Assembly: GCA_963676105.1 (NCBI GenBank)
Contig: OY781039.1
Coordinates: 690,001-722,000, forward strand
DNA: 32,000 nt
Source of the DNA: Erysipelotrichaceae bacterium
Lineage (GTDB): Bacteria > Bacillota_I > Bacilli_A > Erysipelotrichales > Erysipelotrichaceae
Reading direction: 5' to 3'
Shown here one piece after another: positions 6,983 through 14,823 of this stretch (positions within the stretch are counted from its first letter, which is position 1; each line of letters begins with the position of its first letter). The position numbers were made by a program, and so were the translations under genes. The notes beneath the pieces were generated by a model. The model worked only from the letters and a program-made list of their open reading frames with translations, searched no databases and was not told the DNA's origin.

Positions 6983-7576
6983 TTATTTTTGTTTGCGCCA
7001 GATAAAGGTATGAATTAGTTTTAATATGCCGTAAATGGCTGCCATCGCGATGGCGACAATCCTGTTTTGAGGTGTTGATGCATTCACAATGAGATGCACA
7101 AACATCAAGACATAAGATACATAGGCAAAGCGTTGAAGTTTTTTCCAGTTTTGTGGCGTCATTTTCTTTCTAACACTTAAGTAAGACGTAATCCAGAGTG
7201 GAATCATAACCACATATGAAATCACACCATACCAAGGTATTTCACGAGTACCTGTTAAAATTTCACTTGTGTAAAAAATTGGATGCGCTGTTAATAGGAC
7301 AAAGCCTAAAATACTGTACATCCCTCTGACACTAAATAATTTCTTAGTCAGTGTCCACTTAGGTGGAAGTGCACCGGTAATGGCTACTACAAAGAAGAGT
7401 GCATAACCAATGAATCCTTTGACAAATGGTGCCATAAACGGCGCATTTCTCAAGATGATTTCCAGCGCTAATACGCCCCAAACACCATAGGTTAAAATTT
7501 TACGATGTTTGAGAATTTTTGGCGCAAAGAAGAAAGCTAAAACCATAAACAAGGCTGCAAATATAGGACTTAACAT
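6983..7576 (-). CDS. Integral membrane protein (about 6 TM), possibly a ferric-reductase-like/YedZ(MsrQ)-like heme-binding membrane domain
   Basis: 197-aa hydrophobic ORF. It has conserved-looking His in TM helices (LLTAHPIFY, LMFVHLIV) and a WKKLQRFAYVSY motif that resembles the W..lHrl.Y of the ferric-reductase TM family. It starts 4 nt after the MMPL stop, with an AAGGGA SD. Confidence 0.4.
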   Translation of the reverse strand: MLSPIFAALFMVLAFFFAPKILKHRKILTYGVWGVLALEIILRNAPFMAPFVKGFIGYALFFVVAITGALPPKWTLTKKLFSVRGMYSILGFVLLTAHPIFYTSEILTGTREIPWYGVISYVVMIPLWITSYLSVRKKMTPQNWKKLQRFAYVSYVLMFVHLIVNASTPQNRIVAIAMAAIYGILKLIHTFIWRKQK

Positions 7577-7579
7577 AAT

Positions 7580-10417
7580 TTATTTCCCTTTCTTAACCCT
7601 AAGTTTCTTAGGGATCAAAACTTTATCAAATAATACAATTAATGGTGGCAGTACTAAGAATGTTGAGAGTAGTGCCAGTGAAATATTCACCACTGTCATA
7701 ATGCCGAAATCTTGTAAGATAACAAAATCTGACATCAGTAATACTGCAAATCCACCTACGGTTGTAAGCCCTGAAGCTAAGACAGCTTTACCAATCTTTT
7801 GAATGGATACAATCATTGCTTCAGTTTTATCAAAACCATGATTTCTTTCTTCTAAATAACGCTCCATCACCATAACCGTCATTTCAGTACCCATACCTAA
7901 GATGAGTGCACCTAAGGTTGCGGTAATTGGGGTAAAGGCAATGTCGTAGGTATACATGAAGAGTGATGAGAAACCAATAATAATCGATACTGGAATAATT
8001 GGAACTATCGCTTTAAAGAGATTGCGATAGATAAGTAGTAGAGCTGTAAAGACTAAAGCTAAACCATAGAGGGTCATTTCAATACGACCTGATGTTAAAC
8101 CATCAACCATGACAACATCTAAGACTGATTTACCCGTAAGCGTGTATTCAAATGGTGCACCAGCCAGTAAATTATCAACACTTTCAACCAAGTGACTTAA
8201 ATCATCTATGGCTAAGTGTTCGATAGAAATCAAGATCACAGCTTTATTATCTTCAGAGACAAATAACTTACGTTGATTCTCTGGTAAATCTAAAATCTGT
8301 TCTTGAATGTCATCAGCATATAAATCAATTTCACTATCCATGTTTTTCAAAATCGATGTAATGGATTGAACATCTGTAATTTCATCTGGATAACGATTTT
8401 CTAAAAGTGTTTCAATTTCATCTAAGTAAATAAGATTAGAAGTTTCTAGAATGTCATCATCTTCGATATAGACCGCGATTTGATCTGTACTTGCGAGTGC
8501 ATCACGAACCGTTCTAATATCTTCAAGCTCTGCAAGATCTTGAGGCATAAATGTTTCAATGTCTGTCTCAACCGCAATCTTAGAATCAACTGAGAATCCA
8601 TAAGCCGCGATGGCTAATACAATAATCAGAATAATGGCACCAAGTTTAAGCGTCCATTTTGTCCAAAATGCGAAGAAGCTCTCTAATAAACCTTGCTTAA
8701 CTTCAGTGGATTGTGTTTGCACTTTCGTTTCATGGTGCTGACCAGCTCTTAAAATAGGCATTAAGATAAACATGGCCGCAAATAAACTTATCACAACCCC
8801 TATCGTCAACATCTTTCCAAAGTCTTGGATCATTGGAACAGGTGACGCATACAAGGAAATGAAACCAAGCATGGTCGCAATAACTGCCACCGCGACTGCT
8901 GGGGCAATATTGATCATCGCTTCTTTCACATTTTGGTTTTCTTGGTAACGGTTATGAAATTGAATTGAGTAATCAATCCCTAAACCTATGAGTATTGGGA
9001 AGACTGCCATCGAAACCATCGTGACCGGTACATCTAACCAAGACATAAAGCCTAAAGTCGCCATAACCGCGATAAATATGGTCAAAAGTGAGAGTAATCT
9101 CCATTTAACTTTAAATACAAGTAATAAAATCAATAACATCAGCCCAACAGCCATGCCAACCATAGCCTGCATACTGCTTTTCATCTCTGTTTTTAAGGCT
9201 GAATCTAAGATTGATTTACCTGAAACAGTGATATCAATATTCTCTGTATTTAAATCTAATAATAAATTAGAAATATCTTGTGAAACTTTATCTTTAACAG
9301 AATCACTTAGATTGCCTTCAAGTTTAACCACCATCATCATTTGATGATCTGACACAAGAATGTCATCGAAAAGTGTTCTAAGTTCTGCATCTTCATAAAG
9401 TAGTAAGTCTAATTCTTCTTGGCTTGCAGGAATTCTGGCTTCCATCATCCCTGATTTATCATAGAACATCCCTAAGGCTTCTGAGATATCGTTGAGTTTT
9501 CCACCCATTTCGATAAAGCCATCAGCCATATTCATTAAATCTTCTTTACTTAAGGCTGATGATAAATCACCCTTCATTTCATTTAACTTTGTGCTCAAGT
9601 TATCTTCTATGGTGCCTAAAGCTGTAGCGGTATTAGAGGTTCCCTCTTGTATACCTTGTGTATTGGTTCCCATGGTATCTAAACCAACGGATGTGGTATT
9701 TAGATTGGTCGCAATCGTATTAAGTTGAACCTTTAGAACATTTGGACTGTTATCAGGTAATAAATCTGGTTGAGAAGCTGCTAAAGTTGCGAGTTGACTA
9801 GACACTTCAGCAATCCCATCTGATGTTTGATATAAAGCAAGTTCTAATGTATGAACACCATCAGTTAAAGCTGTTTGTCCTGTTTGAAGTTCTATAAATT
9901 TAGCGGATATATCTTCGAGTTCACTTAACTCAGCTAACATTTCTTCAGGATCTTTAATATCTTTCGCTTTAAGTTCTTCACCTAAGTCAATCATCGTTGA
10001 TCCCATAGACTCTAAACCATCAGAGAGTTCAGCAACTGTTTCAATAATCATCTCTGCTTGTTTATCCGTCATTTCATGAAGTAATGATGTGAGTGATAAA
10101 ACAGAGAAGACATGATCCGTTTCTTCAATACGTGTTTGTACATCGTATAAATCATTTAAGAAAACAGGATCTAGAATAGGATCTAAGTTCTCTGCTTCAA
10201 ATAAAACAAGAACTGCATCTCCCCCAAAGGTATCTTCCATCTCGACATTGGCAATATAGACCGGGTTGTCGGTTTGAACCAGCGTGTCATTTCCGGTTGC
10301 TAAGCGAAGTTGAGTCGCACCTGCAACCATCGCTACAACGATTAATAATGTAATAAATAGTGTTTTAAAAGGTCTTCTTTCAACTAAAGAAGCCATTAAG
10401 TTGAATAAGTTTTTCAT
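7580..10417 (-). CDS. MMPL/RND-superfamily transporter with a large extracytoplasmic insert
   Basis: 945 aa with an N-terminal TM and two approximately 6-TM bundles (aa ~410-560 and ~790-930), as in MMPL/YdfJ-type exporters. Sits immediately downstream of a TetR regulator. Confidence 0.8.
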   Translation of the reverse strand: MKNLFNLMASLVERRPFKTLFITLLIVVAMVAGATQLRLATGNDTLVQTDNPVYIANVEMEDTFGGDAVLVLFEAENLDPILDPVFLNDLYDVQTRIEETDHVFSVLSLTSLLHEMTDKQAEMIIETVAELSDGLESMGSTMIDLGEELKAKDIKDPEEMLAELSELEDISAKFIELQTGQTALTDGVHTLELALYQTSDGIAEVSSQLATLAASQPDLLPDNSPNVLKVQLNTIATNLNTTSVGLDTMGTNTQGIQEGTSNTATALGTIEDNLSTKLNEMKGDLSSALSKEDLMNMADGFIEMGGKLNDISEALGMFYDKSGMMEARIPASQEELDLLLYEDAELRTLFDDILVSDHQMMMVVKLEGNLSDSVKDKVSQDISNLLLDLNTENIDITVSGKSILDSALKTEMKSSMQAMVGMAVGLMLLILLLVFKVKWRLLSLLTIFIAVMATLGFMSWLDVPVTMVSMAVFPILIGLGIDYSIQFHNRYQENQNVKEAMINIAPAVAVAVIATMLGFISLYASPVPMIQDFGKMLTIGVVISLFAAMFILMPILRAGQHHETKVQTQSTEVKQGLLESFFAFWTKWTLKLGAIILIIVLAIAAYGFSVDSKIAVETDIETFMPQDLAELEDIRTVRDALASTDQIAVYIEDDDILETSNLIYLDEIETLLENRYPDEITDVQSITSILKNMDSEIDLYADDIQEQILDLPENQRKLFVSEDNKAVILISIEHLAIDDLSHLVESVDNLLAGAPFEYTLTGKSVLDVVMVDGLTSGRIEMTLYGLALVFTALLLIYRNLFKAIVPIIPVSIIIGFSSLFMYTYDIAFTPITATLGALILGMGTEMTVMVMERYLEERNHGFDKTEAMIVSIQKIGKAVLASGLTTVGGFAVLLMSDFVILQDFGIMTVVNISLALLSTFLVLPPLIVLFDKVLIPKKLRVKKGK

Positions 10418-10420
10418 AAT

Positions 10421-10945
10421 CTAAGCCAACAACTCTCCTACAACATAATCTGTATATTCTTCAATTCTTTTTAGTTTGTTATCAGGATGATAAAGGAACG
10501 ATAGAAACATCCCCATTAAGATACGTTGTTTAAGCTCAATCTTTTCTTTAACTCCGTATGAGAATAAAACTTCTTGCAGGGACTTAACCATCTCTTCAAT
10601 GACATTTTGATACTCATTCAACAACATTTGTTCATTTAGAATGAGCTTAATCACTAAGTGATGTTTGTTGATGTATTGAACACGCTGAATAAGCGCTGCT
10701 CTTAAAGCATCTTTAAACTTTTCTTGATCAACATCTAACTTCAACATATTTAATGATTCTTCAATCACTGGTTTAACACTCAACATAAAGATTTCATCTT
10801 TAGATTTAAAATATCTAAACAATGTCACTTCTGAAATATCTGCAACACGAGCAATCTCAGCGGTTGTGGTTCCCTTATAACCTTTTTCGATAAAGACGTT
10901 TAAGGCTGCTTGAAGCAGTTCTTTTTCTCTTTGTTCTTTGTTCAT
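10421..10945 (-). CDS. TetR/AcrR-family transcriptional regulator
   Basis: HTH region TTTAEIARVADISEVTLFRYFKSKDEIF. I chose the start at ATG 10945 (MNKEQREKELLQAAL...) because GAGGTGAAT precedes it. The longer ORF-track start at 11020 would run through the promoter and operator. Confidence 0.85.
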   Translation of the reverse strand: MNKEQREKELLQAALNVFIEKGYKGTTTAEIARVADISEVTLFRYFKSKDEIFMLSVKPVIEESLNMLKLDVDQEKFKDALRAALIQRVQYINKHHLVIKLILNEQMLLNEYQNVIEEMVKSLQEVLFSYGVKEKIELKQRILMGMFLSFLYHPDNKLKRIEEYTDYVVGELLA

Positions 10946-10956
10946 ATTCACCTCAA

Positions 10957-10976
10957 ATGTAAGTAAGTACTTACAT
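10957..10976. promoter_or_regulatory. Palindromic operator candidate (9-2-9) for the TetR regulator
   Basis: ATGTAAGTA-AG-TACTTACAT has perfectly complementary 9-nt arms. It lies directly between the -10 box and the SD of the tetR gene. Confidence 0.55.
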
Positions 10977-11005
10977 ACATTAACAAAGAAGTAAATAATT
11001 GTCAA
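10977..11005 (-). promoter_or_regulatory. Promoter of the tetR-mmpL operon (TTGACA, 17 nt spacer, TAATGT)
   Basis: Minus strand TTGACA at 11005-11000 and TAATGT at 10982-10977, immediately followed by the palindrome. Confidence 0.55.
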
Positions 11006-11036
11006 ACAAAAAAAAGACATTTTTTCAAATGTCTTA
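11006..11036 (-). terminator. Rho-independent terminator after the beta-helix lipoprotein gene
   Basis: Minus strand AAGACATTT-GAAA-AAATGTCTT followed by TTTTTTTTG, beginning 7 nt after the stop at 11043. Confidence 0.7.
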
Positions 11037-11042
11037 AATTAC

Positions 11043-12821
11043 TTAGTTGCGACTTGGTCGTGTTCCACCAGGTTGAGAAGCACTTGAACCGAAACTTGTG
11101 ATTGTTTGAGAGATTGAGAATGTTCCAATACTTGTATAATCACTAAGTGTTCCAGAAGTAGAAATATTGTTTTCATAAGTCGCATCTGTACTTCCACCCG
11201 AAACTAGTATGTAATCACCATTGACTAGATTAGTTCCACTATAGACGATTGAGTTAAAAGCTTTAAGTGCTTGTACAGAAACAATGATATTTCCACTTTC
11301 ATCAATAATACTTACTGTTTCTCCTGCAGATACACCTGAGAAATTAATAAGGACTGAGTTTTGAGTTGATGAGGATGCTTGTTCAGCCATACCAGATGAT
11401 CCAACCGCTAAGAGTGTTCCCCCATTAAGGGTAAATTGACCATTATAATCAATCGCACCATTACCATTATTGGTTGGTCCAAAGACAATCACTGTACCAT
11501 CATTCATGATCAGTGATCCATTAGAATCTAGACCATCACCTGATGCATCCATGACTAGTGTTCCACCATTGATAGTTACACTTACACCTGACTCAGCACT
11601 CATACTTTGAGAACCAGAACCAGAAGATCCATTAATCCCATCATCGAATGATGTTAAGTCAAGATACCCATCGTTTAAAGTAATGACACTCGCTTCAATC
11701 GCTTCATAGGATTCTTCAATCGTAATATCACCACCATTGATGGTAATACTATTATCAGCATGAAGTCCATCATCACCAGATGATAATGTAATAGTTCCAG
11801 CATCTATGGTTAAAGCACCATTGGTATGAATGGAATCATCTTTAGCTGTGATAATGATGTCACCTGCATCAATGATAATTTCATTAACCGCCTTTAAACC
11901 TTTACCAGATTCATCCCCTGACATCAGTGTACCTGAGGTAATGACATATGAACCTGAATCAATTTCTAAGATGTTTTCAGCTTGAATACCATCTAAACCT
12001 GCATTGATTGTGATATTAGAATCAGCGATCAATACATTCCCGACATCAGTACTTTCAGCATTAGAGGATACAATTCCATCACCTTCAGCTGTGATATTTA
12101 AAGTAACACCTTGTGCCCATACCACATCTTTACCTTTGATCGCATCATTCGCCGCATCAATGGTGATATTGACATCAATGAGTCTTAAATCGTCTTTAGA
12201 ATAAATCCCATGATTGTAGTTAGCACTAATGACTAATTCACCAGTACCGTTAAAGGTTAAATCAGATGTAGAGAAGATAGCCGCATTGGGTTCTTCTTCA
12301 GCTTGCACATAAGCACTTCCATCTTTAATCACATTTGATGTGCCTTCAGCTAAAGTGATAATGACTTTATCACCACCTGTGATCACAATTGCAGATCCAT
12401 TGGTATTAGTAATAGATGCATTATCTAAAACGATATGAACTTCTTCACCCTCAGTTGCGTTTACGATGATTTGTCCATCACTTAGGGTACCTGTAATAAT
12501 ATAATCCCCTTCAGTATCAATGGTAATCACGGATCCTGAGATAGACACATTATTCCCATCAGTAGAAGCAGATGTGCCATCTAAGGTAATGATTTCAGCA
12601 TCATAGACTTCAGTTCTTAAATCTTCTTGGGTAAAATCAAAGCTTAAATCTGCTGTACTTGTTGAATCAGAATCATTTGTTAGATCAACAACAGTTGATG
12701 TTGTGTCATCTGATGTTGTTGAATCAGTGTTGCTGGTATCTGTAGTATCATCTGTACTACATCCAGCTAGTAGTAAGGATAAGAGTAGTCCACTACTCAT
12801 TAATAAATTTTTTGTTTTCAT
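11043..12821 (-). CDS. Surface lipoprotein with a Cthe_2159-type (PF14262-like) parallel beta-helix carbohydrate/polyanion-binding domain
   Basis: I chose the start at ATG 12821 (MKTKNLLMSSGLLLSLLLAGC, lipobox LAGC), 4 nt after the upstream stop. An S/T/D-rich linker is followed by repeated turns such as GTITLSSGDDGLHADNSITINGGDITI, ITAKDDSIHTNGALTIDAG and SGDGLDSNGSLIMNDGTVIV, typical of that family. Confidence 0.72.
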   Translation of the reverse strand: MKTKNLLMSSGLLLSLLLAGCSTDDTTDTSNTDSTTSDDTTSTVVDLTNDSDSTSTADLSFDFTQEDLRTEVYDAEIITLDGTSASTDGNNVSISGSVITIDTEGDYIITGTLSDGQIIVNATEGEEVHIVLDNASITNTNGSAIVITGGDKVIITLAEGTSNVIKDGSAYVQAEEEPNAAIFSTSDLTFNGTGELVISANYNHGIYSKDDLRLIDVNITIDAANDAIKGKDVVWAQGVTLNITAEGDGIVSSNAESTDVGNVLIADSNITINAGLDGIQAENILEIDSGSYVITSGTLMSGDESGKGLKAVNEIIIDAGDIIITAKDDSIHTNGALTIDAGTITLSSGDDGLHADNSITINGGDITIEESYEAIEASVITLNDGYLDLTSFDDGINGSSGSGSQSMSAESGVSVTINGGTLVMDASGDGLDSNGSLIMNDGTVIVFGPTNNGNGAIDYNGQFTLNGGTLLAVGSSGMAEQASSSTQNSVLINFSGVSAGETVSIIDESGNIIVSVQALKAFNSIVYSGTNLVNGDYILVSGGSTDATYENNISTSGTLSDYTSIGTFSISQTITSFGSSASQPGGTRPSRN

Positions 12822-12825
12822 AAGT

Positions 12826-13506
12826 TTAACCTGCATAGTCTCCATTGTAGCTAACGAGTTGAATATTGGATACACCTTGAATGTCCGCAATCGCATTCAC
12901 AAAGCCTGTATCTTGATCTTTTAACTGACACTCGTAAATCAGTTCATGTTCATATTTTGATTGTGTTTTAGATTTAACACGCAATTTTTTAGTACGACTC
13001 TCTAATATTCTAAACGCATCTTCTTCAGCACTCGCATTCTCAAGTCTAACAATCGCAATATAGGCTGTATTTTCACCAGCTTGTTTACCTTTAAAGACTA
13101 AGAGTAAGCCAATAAACATGGATCCAAAGATTCCTAAAGGAATCAGTCCTGCCCCCATAACAATACCACCGCCAATGGCCCAAAATAGAAAGACAAGATC
13201 TAAGGGGTCTTTAATTGCGGTTCTAAAACGAACAATCGATAAAGCCCCAACCATCCCTAAGGATAAGACAACATTAGAGGTAACCGCTAAGATAACAAAT
13301 GTAGTGAGTAATGTTAGTAGAATTAAACTCAAATTAAAACTCTCTGAATACATCACTCCTAAGAAGGTACGTTTATAAATTAAATAGATAAACATGCCTA
13401 ATAGAAATGAAGCAGATAAGGCAATCGCATAATCCACGAATGAGACTGTTGTCATATTTTCTAAAAACGAATTCTTGAAGACATCACTAAATGACGTTAA
13501 TAACAT
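12826..13506 (-). CDS. DUF4956-family membrane protein (4 TM plus a C-terminal soluble domain)
   Basis: 226 aa. The signature-like stretch LSIVRFRTAIKDPLDLVFLFWAIGGGIVMGAG matches my memory of DUF4956. AGGAGAG SD; 14-nt gap to the upstream VTC gene. Confidence 0.75.
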   Translation of the reverse strand: MLLTSFSDVFKNSFLENMTTVSFVDYAIALSASFLLGMFIYLIYKRTFLGVMYSESFNLSLILLTLLTTFVILAVTSNVVLSLGMVGALSIVRFRTAIKDPLDLVFLFWAIGGGIVMGAGLIPLGIFGSMFIGLLLVFKGKQAGENTAYIAIVRLENASAEEDAFRILESRTKKLRVKSKTQSKYEHELIYECQLKDQDTGFVNAIADIQGVSNIQLVSYNGDYAG

Positions 13507-13520
13507 ATTTTTTCTCTCCT

Positions 13521-14192
13521 TTAGATTTGAGACATACGTCCCAATACATATTTTGAATGTGCGATCCGCGCTGGATCAAAATGATTGATGGAAGCTTGTA
13601 TAAAATCAGGAATAAATCGATCATATTTTATTTCCAATAGATTTTGTACGCCCCATTTCGGTAAACAAACCAAATCCTTATCAAAGAACATTGATGTATT
13701 AATTGAGGTTTGAATCTTTCGATCAATGGTGACCCTTACATTTCCACTAGGAAACTGAAAGGCTTCACGCTCATAATCAATAATAATCATGGGTCTAAGT
13801 TGATTCATCTTCACATCACGCATAAACTCTTGAGCCAATTCATAGGTATTACCTTCCAAGAAACCGACATTTCCATCTAGAATCATTTGAACTTCATCTT
13901 TAGTTAAGCGTAAATGTTCTTTTCTTCCTTTATGGTAATTCTTTGACTTGCGTTCAAGTAAGAGGAAGTCAGCATTGAAGTTATACATCCGGATTCGATA
14001 CTTACTACGCTTTGCCAATCCCATTTGATTTTGTTGAAGTGATCGATCATAAATATCATCGAAATAAACTGATCTTACATGATACATTCCATTAATCGCA
14101 TGCTTATCATGTTTTAATACTTGTCGAAGCACATGGGATAAACGCAAGTTATCATCATGTTTGATTTCGTATTTAATTTCGTTACGATACAT
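13521..14192 (-). CDS. VTC-domain protein (polyphosphate-polymerase-like triphosphate tunnel metalloenzyme fold)
   Basis: 223 aa starting MYRNEIKYEIK. Alternating charged beta-strand motifs KYRIRMY, LLLERKSK, VRVTIDRK and LLEIKYD resemble the RxRxY and ERK strands of the Vtc4 catalytic tunnel (recalled from memory, not aligned). Confidence 0.75.
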   Translation of the reverse strand: MYRNEIKYEIKHDDNLRLSHVLRQVLKHDKHAINGMYHVRSVYFDDIYDRSLQQNQMGLAKRSKYRIRMYNFNADFLLLERKSKNYHKGRKEHLRLTKDEVQMILDGNVGFLEGNTYELAQEFMRDVKMNQLRPMIIIDYEREAFQFPSGNVRVTIDRKIQTSINTSMFFDKDLVCLPKWGVQNLLEIKYDRFIPDFIQASINHFDPARIAHSKYVLGRMSQI

Positions 14193-14360
14193 CAGCCCGT
14201 CCGCCTTTCTTGATTACAGTGTTAAGTTTAGTTTACAAATGTGTCTTAAATGTGGCATTAAAGGCACAAAAAAAAGGATTGTAAAAGAACATATTCCTAG
14301 ACTTTTTGGAAGTAATCTGTGTATAATAAAAACCAACCTATAAGAAAGGTAGGTAACTAC

Positions 14361-14774
14361 ATGAAAACAATACCTCAACCCTTAGTTAAGCTTAATCAAA
14401 GCTTTGTCGCAGTATCAGCTCTTATATATTTAATCAGTCAAAACGGAGTATTTCTACTTCTTCCATTACTTAACTGTGCATCCTCTCTTTTCTTAAAAAA
14501 GAATGTGATTATGATAATTGGAAAGAAATTCTTAAATAAACCATTAAGTGAGTATCATCAAGAAGACGGTGCAGATCAACGCTTTAATAACTTACTTGCA
14601 ATGTCCATGTTTTTGGTCGCCTTTATCAGTCACCAATTCAACTGGACCTTTAGTGCTTACTTATTTACATCAATGGTACTAATCGCATCAACCGTTGCGT
14701 TAATGGGTTTCTGTGTTGGCTGTTTTATTCGCTTTCAATACAGAATGTATAAATATCGTAGAGCTAATACATAA
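14361..14774 (+). CDS. DUF4395-family small membrane protein
   Basis: I chose the start at ATG 14361 (MKTIPQPLVKLNQSF...), which is preceded by AAAGGTAGG. It has hydrophobic helices and a C-terminal GFCVGCFIRFQY motif (GFCxGC) as recalled for DUF4395. Confidence 0.55.
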   Translation: MKTIPQPLVKLNQSFVAVSALIYLISQNGVFLLLPLLNCASSLFLKKNVIMIIGKKFLNKPLSEYHQEDGADQRFNNLLAMSMFLVAFISHQFNWTFSAYLFTSMVLIASTVALMGFCVGCFIRFQYRMYKYRRANT

Positions 14775-14780
14775 GACATT

Positions 14781-14812
14781 AAAAAAGCAGACTTCTTAGA
14801 AATCTGCTTTTT
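14781..14812. terminator. Bidirectional terminator between convergent genes
   Basis: AAAGCAGA (14784-14791) pairs with TCTGCTTT (14803-14810), flanked by an A-run upstream and a T-run downstream. Confidence 0.6.
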
Positions 14813-14823
14813 ATTTATCATTT

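Noticed and set aside
10946-11020. N-terminal 25-aa extension of the TetR ORF (track start at 11020)
   Set aside because: The extension would be translated across the TTGACA/TAATGT promoter and the palindromic operator. The internal ATG at 10945 has a GAGG SD and gives a normal TetR N-terminus.
11100-12600. Periodic similarity along the 617-aa gene that could be mistaken for a DNA repeat array
   Set aside because: The periodicity is at the protein level (beta-helix turns with G-x-x-I-T-I / GDDG motifs) and the nucleotide copies are degenerate. There is no spacer-repeat structure as in CRISPR.
12640-12790. Low-complexity, repeat-like nucleotide stretch (gatgttgt..., tcagaatca..., gtatc...)
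   Set aside because: It encodes the Ser/Thr/Asp-rich tether after the lipobox of the beta-helix lipoprotein. It is biased coding sequence, not a tandem DNA repeat or mobile element.
12822-12896. N-terminal 25-aa extension of the beta-helix lipoprotein ORF, overlapping the DUF4956 gene
   Set aside because: The internal ATG at 12821 yields a canonical signal peptide plus lipobox and sits 4 nt after the upstream stop. The extension would bury the signal peptide.
14319-14360. 14-codon extension of the DUF4395 ORF
   Set aside because: The ATG at 14361 is preceded by AAAGGTAGG at the correct spacing. The extension overlaps the putative TATAAT promoter element.
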